A DNA stretch of 64,000 bases from Lama glama (GCA_028534125.1 CM052817.1:89592001-89656000); one strand, 5' to 3'; shown: positions 1 to 13,214, counted from the stretch's first letter. A program made the numbers and translations. Notes: generated from the letters alone by a model not told the origin.

Positions 1-1157
1 AACCTACCCCTTTGAAAGCTCTCTGTATTTTCAAACTAAAGTATCCAAGTATTGAGAGCCATAATCTTTGGGAATTCAAATACTTGGCATACTTTTCTCA
101 CCAAAGCAACAAGAGAGAGAGATCATCTTCTTTGGAAGAACACAGTGGGATGTGCAGCCACACAGACAAGAGATTCGTAAAATAATTCAAAAAATACAGG
201 ACCAGCATCATGTATTTCCACATAGTTGAGCTGTGAAGCAACATACCCAAAGGTGGAAGGAATAGATATAGTAAGCTGATCCTACTAACATAATCCTGTA
301 GCTTAGAATTGGAAATTGGACATTTTAGACTATAACTTTTGCCAAGGTCTTTGAAAAATTCATGGAGAAAATACTGTACTTCCTGATACTATGGATAATG
401 ACATTTGGAGCAATAAGACATTAGCATACTGTTTTAGTGGAACACTTTATTCTGATAATTAAGACATTGTGCCTTCTAAGTAGTTACCTGAATATTAATA
501 TCCTACAGTCTCCTTGTTAGTTTGAACGGACTCGTTCTCTAGAGTTCTTATAACATCCAGTACATCATTTTATTGTAGCTCTTCTCATATTATATTAGAA
601 GACATTGTTTGTCTATATGCATCTGATAATGAGGCATGTCTTACTTGATATGAATCCTCAGTACCTACTATGGTTTTTAGTTTTTTTAATTTTTTTTACT
701 ATGGTTTTTAGCACACAGTAAGAATTAATTATTTTTTCTGGAATGCTTGACTTAACAACCAGATTTCTAAAAGTCTGTAAACAAGAGAAAACTCTCAGCT
801 ATCTTCCAATCTGACTGAAACTTGTTTAACTGCAATTGGAAACCAAAAAAAAGAATAAAACCCAAACTAAAAACAAAACAATACCTAGTTATTTTGCCTT
901 GCTTTCCTCCAATTAAGTGTGAACCCTAATCCTTACATATACAAGAAGAAACACCTAAAGAAAGTAGCAAAATTTACCTGAATAGAAAAAAGGAAAATGT
1001 ACTTATTAAATCTCCTTTACTGTTTCACAATGATTTTATGATGGCTGGTGTTCCCAGAAAAAAAAGTGATGCTGACATACACACACACAAAATATATTGC
1101 TTTATATAAATTTTATTCAAGTAGACTGTTATTCATCATCTATATATTTTTAGCATC

Positions 1158-1370
1158 TAGGATAGGAATCTATGGCCCTTGGGTCGAATCTAGCCTTCAG
1201 CCTGTTTTGTAAATAAAGTTTTATTGGAACACATTCACCCCATTCTTTTACATACGTCTGCTTTTAAACTACCATGACAGAACTGAGTAGTTACATTAGA
1301 GACCAATGATTTGCAAAGCCTAAATTATTTACTAGCTGCTTCTTTATAATAAAAAGTTTGTTAAGCCCTA
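1158..1370 (+). mobile_element. MER58A-like hAT-Charlie MITE
   Basis: Contains the recognisable core 'tgttttgtaaataaagttttattggaacac...aaagcctaaattatttactagctg...aaaaagtttg'; a related copy lies at 12116-12338. Confidence 0.8.
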
Positions 1371-2699
1371 TTAAGATATAAACCCACTCAAAGTTCCATC
1401 CCTTAGCAAATTTTTAATATCTTTCATAAAGTTCTTAAATTTTATATGGTCTTGCATAGTTTTATAATTAAAACCAGTTGTATCAACAGTACTGCTCCAA
1501 GTTGTCATCTTAATTTACATTTCCAAAGCATTTTTAATATATTATAGACTAAGGCTTTTTTGTGTTGTTATAGAAATCTTGATGATTTGAACAAACAAGT
1601 TATATGTATTTATGCCAACATTTCTTATTTAAATAAATTAGAAACCCAATAAATTTTCTTGGGAAAAGAATGAACTGAGCCTTTTTGATCATTCTTGAAA
1701 AAAAGACATTTAATCTTTATATTAATTTGCTTCAAACTTAAATTTTTAATATTTTCCTTTTTAAGGTTTTTTTTTTTTTTGGTGGGGGGTGTAGAGGGTA
1801 GTCAGTTCAGGAGAGTTACAAATTCCAGTTTCTGACTTGGAATAACAGTAAGACTGCCCTTCCCTAATCGTCTTCCTTTCATTTCCCCTGTTGCTGCCCT
1901 CAGCCTTGGCAAAAGAATCATTTCTGAGATCCACAGGCTTTACTTCCTGAGGAAACAGGCAGAACTGACAGGACTGATTAATAGGAATGACTTTACTACA
2001 CTGCTTTAGCAGAGACTGAGAGATCAGGGACAATATAAACAATATATGAAGGAGTATTTCAGAAAGTCAGAGGCAAATACTGGCCAGAGGTCACATTGTC
2101 CTATCATTAAGAATCTCAAGGTACAGTTAGTTCTCCTTTACTTCTCCCCAAGTCTATCCTGAGATTAGGCTCCTGCTTCAAGAAAATATCTTTTGCATCT
2201 GCTCAGGGTTTCTAGTTTGCCCAGGCCAAACTAGGATCAGAAAAAAGCTCAACTTTTTCTAATACATATATACATAAACCCTACAGTCTTTACAGATATC
2301 CTCAAGATTGTCCCATTTAGACAAATAAGAGAAAGAAAAACAGATCTCTGTGCTCCTGGTTTTTGTTCCATCATTACTCAAATATTAAATTTTTTTCCCT
2401 TAAAGAGGGCCTTCATTAACCCAATCATTGCACAGCTACTTCTTTCTCTCTTCTATGACAGAGCAAAATTTCCTGATATAACCTGTTAAATTAATTGTCT
2501 CCTTTTCCTCCTTAAGTGATTACTATTAGTTTTCTGCTCCCATAATTCCCCTGAATCTAGGACCCAAACCATTTAACTTGTTCACCCTAAATTCACTGAA
2601 GATAGATATTTTTCCTTTTTCATTTGCATTTAAGTGAACTTTGGCAACATTTGTTTCTTTTGATCCCTCCTTTTATTTCTATTAAGCTACAAAGCTGTT

Positions 2700-3250
2700 G
2701 TCTCAAATCACTCCACTCTCTTGATTGCTAGAGATAAATGTTCAAGTGCCAATTGCAAGTGTATGCTTGAGTGTTTTCCAGACACATCATACTCAACATT
2801 TGAACATCTAAACTCATCATCTCCCAAACCTGCCTCCTCTCCAGTGATCCCTTTTTAAGTAAATAGTATTGATGTCTAACCAGTTGCCTAACATGGAAGA
2901 CATTTATCTGAACATGGCACTTCTCTCTTTTCAACTCAGTGGCTTCTATTTCCTTTTAGGAGAAAGTCTACACTCATAAACATGGTTTACAAGTGCCATC
3001 ATGGTCTGGTCCCTTCTCTCTCTAAATCTGCCTCTTAAACTAGTATTCTTTACCCTCTATAATACAGTAGCTATCACTGAATTTATTTAATTTAGTCCCT
3101 ATGGTCCCATATTTTTCTCATCTAAATCTTTAAATGTGCTCTTTCTTTCTGCCAGAAATATTTATCTCCACTCTGCGTGATGACTACAGTGGAGATGCAG
3201 AAAGTCATGTCCCTCGTGTTACTATTATCCCCCAACCCCAAGACAGGACA
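2700..3250 (+). mobile_element. L2 LINE fragment (degenerate)
   Basis: 'actcaacatttgaacatctaaactcatcatctcccaaacctgcctcctc' resembles the L2 3' region. Confidence 0.55.
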
Positions 3251-5361
3251 TGGTATTGAGTTGGCACTTGGTATGGACTGTACAGAAACACTCAGTAACT
3301 ATCAGTGACTCTGTTATAGATAGATATTCTGACCCCAGAAGTTATTGTCATTGTGATTTGTTTGCTTGTTTTGAGGCAGACTGATTTTTCAGTGTGCCTT
3401 TATAGGATACTAAAGCAGTCTGAGAAATAATAGGTACACAACTTACCACAATCTGAAAAGTCTCCATGTTTTGATGAAAATCAACAATCATACTTTTGGA
3501 ATTTAAGGTCCCAGAGAGCAGCCCTGGTTCTCCTCACTGTAGGAGGGATACTTCCCCAATGAGAGCTATGGGGAAGGTGAGTTACCCTCAGGAGTTACCA
3601 CCTTAGACCACTCTTCCTCACCGTACGTTCAAATATAAGCAAAGTAGGTAGGTTATTTATTCCTAAGTCATGGAATACCTAGACAGGAAAAGTTATATTC
3701 TCAATGATTTTATATATGTTGCAGATATTTTATCATTTTCACCAACCTTGTTGGATTTTTGTCTGCCAATGTAGTTTTAAATTTTAAGATGTGTAGACTA
3801 AAAACAAAGAAAAAATGTAAACATTGTTTTAACTTTCATATTTCTAGCTTTAAATTGGTGTTATTAACAATGTGAATTTGAAACCTTATTTTTTGGGGTT
3901 TATTTTGGAATATTCATTTTTTAACTAGATGCTCTTATTTTTAACCAAAAAGTATTCTACATTCTTAATGGCAATAATAAATTATCCAACATTTTTATTA
4001 CTTTAGGTGGTCAAAGTGCTTGAAGGCTGCAATGTAAACAACATATGCAGTATGTTCTGAGTCCTTCCCCATGAAGTGCTACAAACCTACAGAAGTTACT
4101 CAAGCACTCTGAACATGATATATGACCTATAAATGCATTAACACCATTACCTTTCCAAGAAAATAGTTTCAATTTTAGTTTACTAGATTTTACAACTGGA
4201 ATCAAAGGGAATTTTTTTTTAAAGTAGACATCAAGGTAATTCGGAATAGTGTATGCAATTCAATTCAACCTCAAAATATTTCTCACAGCTTTTGCAGATT
4301 TTGCCACTATCCCTCAAATTTTAAAATTAAATTTCAACAGCTAGATGATTATGTCAGCAGCACTGAGCCCATCAAAGTGACAGAGTATCTTAAAGACATA
4401 CTAACACATGTATATCATTAGCCATTAAACATTTCCCCCCCAGTTATTGGAACAGATGGTAGGAAAAGCACATATTGGAAACTACTTGGCTAATAGGAGT
4501 ATAACTTATCTGGAATAAATAAAAAATGCAAATTGATGTACTTTGCTTCAAATCCTATGGAAAACATGTTAAAAATTTACATAGTAGAGGTTCAAAAATA
4601 AAAATTACTTTTTTTAACAGAAGGCAAAAAAAAAAGAAATGGAATATAATGTAGGAAAAATATAGAAAATCAAATGCAGAGTTGAGTGCATATCAGCCAC
4701 ATTACAAAAAAAAAAAAAGCTGTGGTAGTAAGGTGGGGGTGGGGTGGCTGTATCTGTTTAACATACTGTAGTAGCAGCAGAATGTCCAGCCAAAAGCAAT
4801 AGTATTTGACAAAGACTGTCACAATTTAAGTAATGATGACTATTTTTGATGGCACTGCTGCTGATATGAATAGATTTTTAACTTTACACAATTCAGCCAA
4901 AGATTGGTGATATACACTTCCATTAAATTTAATTCTGTCTGTAAACTTTAAAAGTGCTAAGGTTGGATATATATACATTTTTGACGTAAATAAAGTCACT
5001 CAATCTTTTGAAGAGCCACACATTCATCAGCTGACCTATTTACTTACTACATAAACTTATGAAAGTTAATTTGGTTCCCTGGGTCTATATGATGAAATCT
5101 TAAAACATGGTGGTGATAATATTATTTGCATGAATTGTGAGAACATGTGAAATTCCATTTGTTTTAGTTCTTATGGTAAAGATGCTGTGGTAATTAGAAG
5201 GCATCACGGATAGAGTGCTGCACATGACAACTGTGTTTTTCCATATGGCCTAATTTTTATGACTTGTACATTAAATTAGCACACACATATCACATCTGTC
5301 TAAGTAAAAATAACATACTACTACGAGATATAGCATTTGAACCACAGAATATGGACTAGCA

Positions 5362-7892
5362 GACATTTGGTCCTATTCTAAACACCCATGGAAACATTTG
5401 GTCCATGCCCAAAGATCCTTGAAATTTGGTCATTTCAAAAATATCCATGAGCATATTCTATCCATGACAAATGGTCCTTGATATTGGTCCTGTCAAAAAC
5501 ATCTCTGTTTAGAAAATGTCCCTGGGTTCAAATAGTCCATATGTTTATTTATACTTTTGGTTTATGAGATTAATACATAAAAATATTATCATATTTTATT
5601 GATCTTATAACTATGTTATGGTTGTATTGCCAATAAAAACCCTTCTCACCTTGGCAGCCTAGCTAATAATGGGACAAGGAGTTAGGGAGATGGGTTGGGG
5701 TTTGAATCTTGCAGAAGAGCAGAAGTTATATTAACTATGATTACTGAGGAAGAGTCCTACAGTTAGTGAAATGCATAGAAAATAACAAATCAAGGATAGA
5801 ATCTTATTATACATGGTGCATTAATATGTCACTGAACACTTGGTTGGATGTGGCTAGGTCATTCAATAAGGACAGACTTTGAAAGGAAGAACTTGGTCAG
5901 ACTACTGTGTAGACTACTGTGCCAAACAGGTGGTGAACGTGTTGATATAAACACTTTACAAAGTATCTCACTTGTCAGTGTAATGTTCACCATGAGGGGT
6001 ATACCAGCATCTGATTAACCCCCCACCAACTGTCCTACTGCCCAGGGTTAATGGGCAATGTTTTCCTTGAATTGATTTCCTATAGAGGTACAACTGAAGT
6101 AAATCTCAAGAAGCATAGAGAGGTTTTAATGAGTGTGATTCCCGCACTTACCTGCCAATCAGTGTGGACCAGGAGGGCCTCAGCTGGTGTCTAACTATTC
6201 GTTGATCCAGACTGGCTAAACAGGGCGTTGAATCCATAGGACATTAATAAGATTTCCTCTACCAGTAAATCAGTGACCATTGGTCAGATGGCTACAAAAG
6301 AAAAAAAAATAACACTTATTTTGTTGCTTGGCAATATGACATCTTCATTTGAAAATTATTGGTTGAATATTGTAGAAACAGTATACTCACAAAAAGTTTA
6401 AAAAAAAGTGCAATGTTATTATGGTTTTTGTTATCATTTCATTCCTTTAACAAAAATAGGATTAAAAGGTACCAGCACTATGAGTGGAGATCCTGCAATG
6501 TCAGATATGTAACTAGTCAGGATTTGGATAACTTTCCAATCATTCAAGACGGGACAGGAAAACATCAGCATAATGCTGGTGTTAAAGAGAAAGTAAGGAA
6601 AACCCCAAATAGATTAAAATAACACACAGAAGAAAAACCAAATGCAGTGCCACCACAGACACTTTAGAGAACTCTCTGTGATTTTCATGATATTCATAAT
6701 GAAGAGGTCATTAAAGAGGGACCTGAATAGAATTGAAAATACACATCAACCTCCAAACTCTACTTCATTGCATGGAGTTGAAAATTCCAGAGGCGTATAC
6801 AGTGATCAGATGTGGAGAACCATTTCTTATGTATGACTCCAGTGCTCAAGATGACGAAAGAATTCTTATTTACACAGCTTATGACAGTTTTCAATATGTA
6901 AGTGTCAGTACCACATCACTCAGTGGTACAAGATGGCACCAGTTATTTCAAATCATCCACTCAGTTATTTACTGTGCACAGTGTAGTGCTGGGGTATATT
7001 ACACTAGTGATTATGCACTAATAATGAAAAGGTGAGAAGACACAGATAGATATGAGAAAGTATTTGCATTTGCATTTGCATGGGAAAAATTCGAGATTAT
7101 GTTGTGCGTGATTCAACTACTCCTACCAAATGGACAAGTAAAAGAATGCCTGTTGCACTTTTCAAAATCACCGTGGCAAAAAATATCTTCGTGGGGTCTA
7201 ACATGAGTATATGACAATGAAAAGTAACTCCATGTTGTTTGGACTTTCATGCCTGCCTTTGGAAGATATAAATGAAATTTTGGTGTACATTGTGGAGAAT
7301 GTAAAAAAAAATTAGATGACCTAATGGATTATAGTGAGAGTGTATGTCCCCAGAAGGCGTGGAAGAGGCAGAAGAAGACCAGAAGCTCCAAGATTTCCAC
7401 CAGAAACTTGGACTGTTTATACATCAGAACTGAACATCAATCACAGGATGAACAATGCCACAGAAGGCTGGCATAGCAAATCTCAAAAGCTGATGGTAGT
7501 GCGTAATACTTAAATTTGGAGATTTATTAAAATGTTAAAAGATGAACAGCAAAGCTATGAATAAGATTCTTGGTGGTCACACCCAAAAAGGCCACTAACC
7601 TCATGATGATACAAATAAAATCAAATTCATATTATAGAGATTGTTAACATATAACAAATACAAAGTCAATAATCATGTCGATATATACCTGAGAGCAATT
7701 GCTTATTGACTTAAGAGTAATTCTGGTGAACTTCATGATAAGGAAGAACAAGAATAAATGTGAAATCCAGAATTCATCATGAACTACAATAAAGATAATG
7801 TAAATAAAATTTTAATGAAGTTAAATGTTTGTATTATTAAATGAATCATGGACCAAATGTCTCAATGGGTGTTTTGGACAGGACCAAATGTC
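5362..7892 (+). mobile_element. Mutator-like (MULE/MuDR) DNA transposon fossil with terminal inverted repeats
   Basis: 5362-5407 is the reverse complement of 7847-7892 (46 bp, 5 mismatches); tandem TTGGTCC-containing subterminal units at the left end; encloses a decayed MULE transposase. Confidence 0.9.
6336..7757 (+). pseudogene. Decayed MULE transposase (~470 codons; N-terminal FLYWCH/WRKY-type zinc finger plus DDE MULE domain)
   Basis: Motifs appear in the expected order across frameshifts: CNVRYVT..HQH; GEPFLMYDS..DDERILIYT; WY.DGT (GATGGCACC 6932-6940)..QLFTVH..YAL; CLLHFSKSPWQKI (7147-7185); RFPPETWTVY..RMNNATEGWH (7391-7474); IWRFIKMLKDEQ; YLRAIAY (7686). Candidate ATG 6336, TAA 7755-7757, followed by AATAAA. 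Confidence 0.9.
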
Positions 7893-8439
7893 CTCCAAGG
7901 TAAAATATATAATACCATAAAATTAATTTTCTGGTATTCATTGTTTTTAAAACGACAAATGGCTTGAAAATTGATCATCTTGGATATATAACCCTCACAT
8001 ACTCTTATTATAAATCTTCAAGTATAATTGCAAAGGTGTTATGTTCCTATTACAAATACAGAGACCCATCACATCACTGGTTTGCTTTCCTGAGTACAGA
8101 AAAAATTTAGTTGGCAGAATTTAATGCAAAGCATTGGTCATAGAGACCTCTAACTCCACCATTTCCCACAATAAAGAATTTGTTCAGAGTCAGAGACAGA
8201 TTTTAATCAACTGCAAATCTGATTTCAATAACTTCTCATAAAAACTTTCCAAGTCTATTTTCTCATCTAAATGACAGACTGATGACTTCTTTTCATCTTA
8301 AGGGTTGGTGGGGGGGAGTTTATCCTAAGGCAGAGATGATTTTAGCAGAAAAAGAAAGACTGATGCTAAATTCTACCCGATCTCTGTCCTGGTGGGTAAT
8401 GTCTGTCTGTCTGTCTTTATATTTATTCCTCTTATAATA

Positions 8440-8632
8440 TTTTGTTTTCCTCCACAATCCTTATTATCTGGCATATTATGTAGAATATCTGTATTTATTA
8501 TTTGTTTCTCCTCCCTAGCACATAAGCTCCATAAATGCAAGGATTTTGTCTGTTTGCTACACCAACATATCCCCAGTACCTAGAACAACAGGGCCTGCCA
8601 AATAGTGCACACTTAATAAATATTTATTGAAT
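8440..8632 (+). mobile_element. L2 3' end
   Basis: 'taagctccataaatgcaaggattttgtctg...cccagtacctagaac...taataaatatttattgaat' is a typical L2 terminus. Confidence 0.7.
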
Positions 8633-8744
8633 TAAAGCTTTTCCTATATCTCCTTAATTAATATCCGAAATCACCTATGACCAGATTAATTACTGCCTTT
8701 GCCAAATTTCAAAAGCAAGTTGGCTACACAATTTGTCAAGCTCA

Positions 8745-8878
8745 GTAAAAAATAAAATTGCTCAAGAAAATTCTTAAGAATTTCAAGACAAAGACAGTAA
8801 GCATTATACCAAGTGCAGGCATATCTGAGTGTTGGGCCCCGTGTAAGTGTGTGGGGCCTCACACCTATGAGCCCTGTT
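8745..8878 (-). mobile_element. MER91/Zaphod-like hAT-Tip100 end fragment
   Basis: The reverse complement reads cagggctcataggtgtgagg...gggccc...cttggtataatgct..tgtcttgaaattcttaagaatttt, matching the remembered MER91A terminus. Confidence 0.6.
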
Positions 8879-11800
8879 GAAAATCTTCAATGTTTAGACT
8901 TTTACATAATCAATACAGGAACAAAGGAATTTTTAACATGCCTAGATATACCATTGTTTACAGATATCTGACTATAAAAGGGATCAAGTTAGGATACATA
9001 TTTGTTTAACTAAATATATAAATTAAATCAGCAGAGATGCAAAAGATTACAGCCAAGCCAAGGTAGAGTGATATTGCCATTTAAAGCACACTTTAAAAAA
9101 GTATGCACCTTCCAAGTTGACTGTTAATTATGTATTAATCTTAGGTCTCTGTATGATTAACAACATTGTATCTCAAAACCACACATGTTGGGCTGTGACA
9201 TAGAGTGCTGTGATAGTTGATGACAGCTGATGATGGTGGTTCTATGTCAAGTGGCATTTGCTCTCAGTTTAACAGCCAGTGGATACCCAGGACTGGTAAA
9301 ATTAGACATCATTCAAATTTGAGGGGACAAAGTGGAAAGTTGAAAGACTGCAAACAACTGATATGCCAAATAGGACTGCCTAAGCAGAAGAGGAAACAGA
9401 GTTTATCAAGACTCAAAATTAGTGTAGTCCAAGGCAAAATGAGACATATAAGGGATCAAATGAGAAATTTTAGTGCTAGTAGACATTATGAGCACTTTGG
9501 CTTGTCATACACAGGTGAATTTAGCAGGGTCAGAATACAAATTTAACCATGTATATTTCAAAGCCCAGATTTTCCCTGGAATTTAGAGTTTACACAATCA
9601 CAACTCCATAAATGCCAACAACAATAATTACATAAGTATATTTAATCTATTGCAAAACCACATATATCCCAATAAAAAGCTTTATTTAAGCCAGTTGTAC
9701 AGTGTCAAACTTACAGCCCAGATTTATTCTAATGTCCTTAAGTGCAGCTCCTAAAGAAAACCCATTTTATTCATGCTTCCACTCCAGGACATTAGAATTC
9801 ATTCTATATGTGGTATTTGTGAATATTCCCAGTATCTGGAATTAGAAAATAAAGTCAGTTGAAGGATATTATGGAGAAGAAGGAACACTTCCTTTTTAAC
9901 ATAGAAAGAAATGCTGACTATTCATTTGAAAAAGAAAACGTGCATTCAGGGATTCAGGCTTGCTTTCCTATTCCAATGTAAAGCCTAAATCTTGTCTATA
10001 AGAATGAAAAGAATAAAATGCTATAAAGTCATGCATTTATAATACATTAATTAATTAATTATATTAATTAATATAATGCATGCATTAATAATTTTATGAT
10101 ATTCTCATGATATATGTTGTTTCTTTTGACTAGAAGCTCTTCTACCTAAACCTTCTAACAATAAAATACACCCTCCCTGTGACACTTGGTTGGATAGTTT
10201 CTGGTGGTTTACTTTACAATGATATCACAGATGAGTAATAGTTGTGAATAGCAGTTAGTAGCCAATGTTAAGGATTTCTCCAATTGGAAGTGATTTATGT
10301 GTAAAAAAGGATAAAAGAGGTTCTCATGGCAAAATTACATTTGAAAATAGGGTCTTTAGAAGTAGGAAAAATAGTTTTCTCAAAGCAGTGATCATACAAG
10401 AACAGCTGTGATGACTGGATCTCAGCCAAAACCCTTACAAAATCTCAACCCTGTTAGAATATAGCAATGAGGTGTCAAATTCAACCATTAGTTAATAAGA
10501 GATAGATCGTAATTAAATATCAGGCCTCTGCCATCATCCTTATGTTGAAAGCAAGTCAGGCAAGTATACTTGATGTGAAAGTAATCATAAGAGAGGGTGA
10601 GAAATATCCTTTGTAAAAATATTCAATTCAGGTGACTTAGAATTGTGCCCTTTCTGCCTATGTATAATTCTGATACATCTTGTCACTTGATTTAGAAATT
10701 AAAAATTTAATTTATCAATTAAATGGTTGAGGTTTAAAGAGATGGTACTGAATCCTTTTGTAAGTGACCCACATTGGGCCTATGGTTGCTTATTTTTTCC
10801 TTGAATATTTCTGCCACATGCCTGGAGGCAAGAAATCAAGAAAAATGCTTTCCTCTTACCATCCTCTCTACCTTTCTCTTTCTTCTTTTTTTTCCCCTTG
10901 AATTAACAATAGTTTATCAAGAAAGGTTTTTTTTCCCTATCAGATAATAAAAAAGTTAAAAGAGAGAGCTGTAGTCTCTTGACAATCAGCCCAAATGTCT
11001 TTTCTCTCCTATGCTTCCTGTCTCTTCACTCAACCTGTATCACTGCTTCTTTATGCAGGGTCAAAATATGGTTTACTCTTCACTGAAACTCTAACTTTTG
11101 GAGAAACCTAAGACATAACCAACAGTATAAGACCCATGGTGCTCTTACAAATAAAAAATATGACAAATGTGGCAAATCATAATATCTAAAATTTTAAAAT
11201 AAAGGTAATTTAAAACAGAAACTTCACTTTTTAATTTAATTTGGTATGTTATTTTTGAGCTTCAGCAATAAAAACATTTATCCACTAGTTATTGTGTGAG
11301 ATACATATATACAAAACTTAGAACAGTTTTCTGTCTTCATGTATATTATAATCTTAATGAGAAGGAATGATATACCACACAATATTGCTTAATAAAAGCA
11401 AAAGATCATACAGAAACAAAAAATGACTCAAATGACTGTCTCATATACTAGAATGTAAACTCCACACTGGCAGGAATTACTCACTGTTAAATCTCTAGAT
11501 GATAGAGCAGCAGTAAAACACACCTATGCAGAGTCACACCACACATACCTACACACACCCCCACACACAGGGAGTAATTTGTCACAGTCAATAAATGCCA
11601 TATTAGTTAAGATAAATATCATCAGGGGTTAGAGTACTCATGCAAACAATAAATATCCATGTTCATTCTAGCTCTGCACGATAAATTTTGAAATATGAGC
11701 AACTTTTGGGTAGGTAAAGTCTGAGTGGGCATTTCAGGGAGTAGAAACTATAGGAAAAAAGCACACAGAAAAATAAAACCAACATTATGTTATTGTGGAG

Positions 11801-12115
11801 TGGCGGTGCACTAGGCTTGCCGAGAAGGCAATCAATATTAGATTGAGGAGCATGTGCGCAGTGTGACTGTGTGTCTGTGTCTGTACAGAGAAGGGGTAGA
11901 AGCAATATGTTGAAGATAGATAGTAAGGGTTTGAAATTCAGTTTGAAAAATTAGTAAAGAGAAGAACATACATATTTCAGAAAAAAATTTCCTAAATATT
12001 TTATTTCAGGATAATTTGATTTTCTGATTTTTTATACTGAAATGGTATCTCAAGATAATTCAAAACTGAATATATTTGTAGTAAAAGAAGACAAATAACA
12101 TAGTGATGCTCTAAT

Positions 12116-12338
12116 CAGGCATTAGCATTAGCAAACTACAAGCCATGGGTCAACTTCATCAGCCACCTGCTTGTGTAAATAAAGTTTTATTAGCACCCAG
12201 CTACATCCATTCATATTACCTATGGCTGCTTTCACACTACAATGACAGATTTGAATAGTTGTGACGGAGAACATCTGGCCTATAAAGCCTAAAATATTTA
12301 ACATCTGGCTTTTTACAAAAAAAGTTTACAAGCCCTTG
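12116..12338 (+). mobile_element. MER58A-like hAT-Charlie MITE
   Basis: 'gtaaataaagttttattag...cctatggctgctttcacactacaatgacaga...aaagcctaaaatatttaacatctggc'. Confidence 0.85.
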
Positions 12339-12753
12339 CTCTAGATAAAAGCAGAAAACAAGGTACTCATTGGAGAGATTGTATTTCTACAGAAATATAT
12401 GCACCATATGAAGATAGGTCTCAGAAAAGAGAGCAAACAACTCTTTCTGAATCTGGAGGAACTAGGAGTGCAGGGAGTGGATTAAGGCCTTAGAGTCACA
12501 GTCACATCTTTAATCCTTGAGCCTCATGTCCCAGGACATAGAAGACTGTGCCATCTGTTAAAGTGAAAAGAGTAGTGTCAGTAACCCCAGGGCTGGGAAG
12601 ACATGGGTAGTTCAGCAACCACTGCAAGAATATCAAGAAGCCAGTATAGCATAGCCAGTATAATAGCTGCTCTCCACTGCATAAGATAACTATTTGGTTA
12701 GGTCACTCTCTCTCTGCCTCTTTATGCCTCTCTCTGCCTCTCTGTCTCACACA

Positions 12754-12757
<4 letters not shown>

Positions 12758-12800
<43 letters not shown>
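12758..12800. repeat. (CA)n microsatellite
   Basis: About 21 perfect CA units. Confidence 0.95.
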
Positions 12801-12802
<2 letters not shown>

Positions 12803-13214
12803 CATTTTACTAAAACTCTCTAAACACTGATAAATTTTACAAATTCAAGGAAAAAATGTTAGATAATCTGGGACTCAATTACTTCAGCCCTTAATTTCTA
12901 TGTAATTCTGGAAATCTGTATTTTAATAAATGGTACTGGAACTTACAGTTTGACTTTAAAGGCACTAGATGCCTGTATTAGCTCTTTTGCTACTCAATAA
13001 AACTTATTTCAGAGTAGAAACATCAGAGAACAAATAGATAAATAATTAAGTTTATGCCCTTCCTCTCAACTTGTGCTCAGTATATGTGCGTACTGAAGAT
13101 TATGACACTGGTGATAAAAAAATATGACAATGAAAACACAAAACATTAACTTAATATGACTAACCATATTTGCAAAGCCAATCTTTGGGTCTTCTGTATG
13201 TCTTTCTTCAAAGT

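Noticed and set aside
150..480. Possible L3/CR1 reverse-transcriptase remnant (..tttgccaaggtctttgaaaaa..)
   Set aside because: Rests on a single short motif.
4833..4864. ATGATGA...CTGA resembling a C/D box snoRNA
   Set aside because: Only ~32 nt between the boxes and no terminal stem.
6144..6160. ACTTACCTG resembling the U1 snRNA 5' end
   Set aside because: Similarity stops after 9 nt.
9217..9546. 109-aa ORF in non-obvious sequence
   Set aside because: No recognisable domain, non-ATG start and no supporting splice structure; at most a very old LINE remnant.
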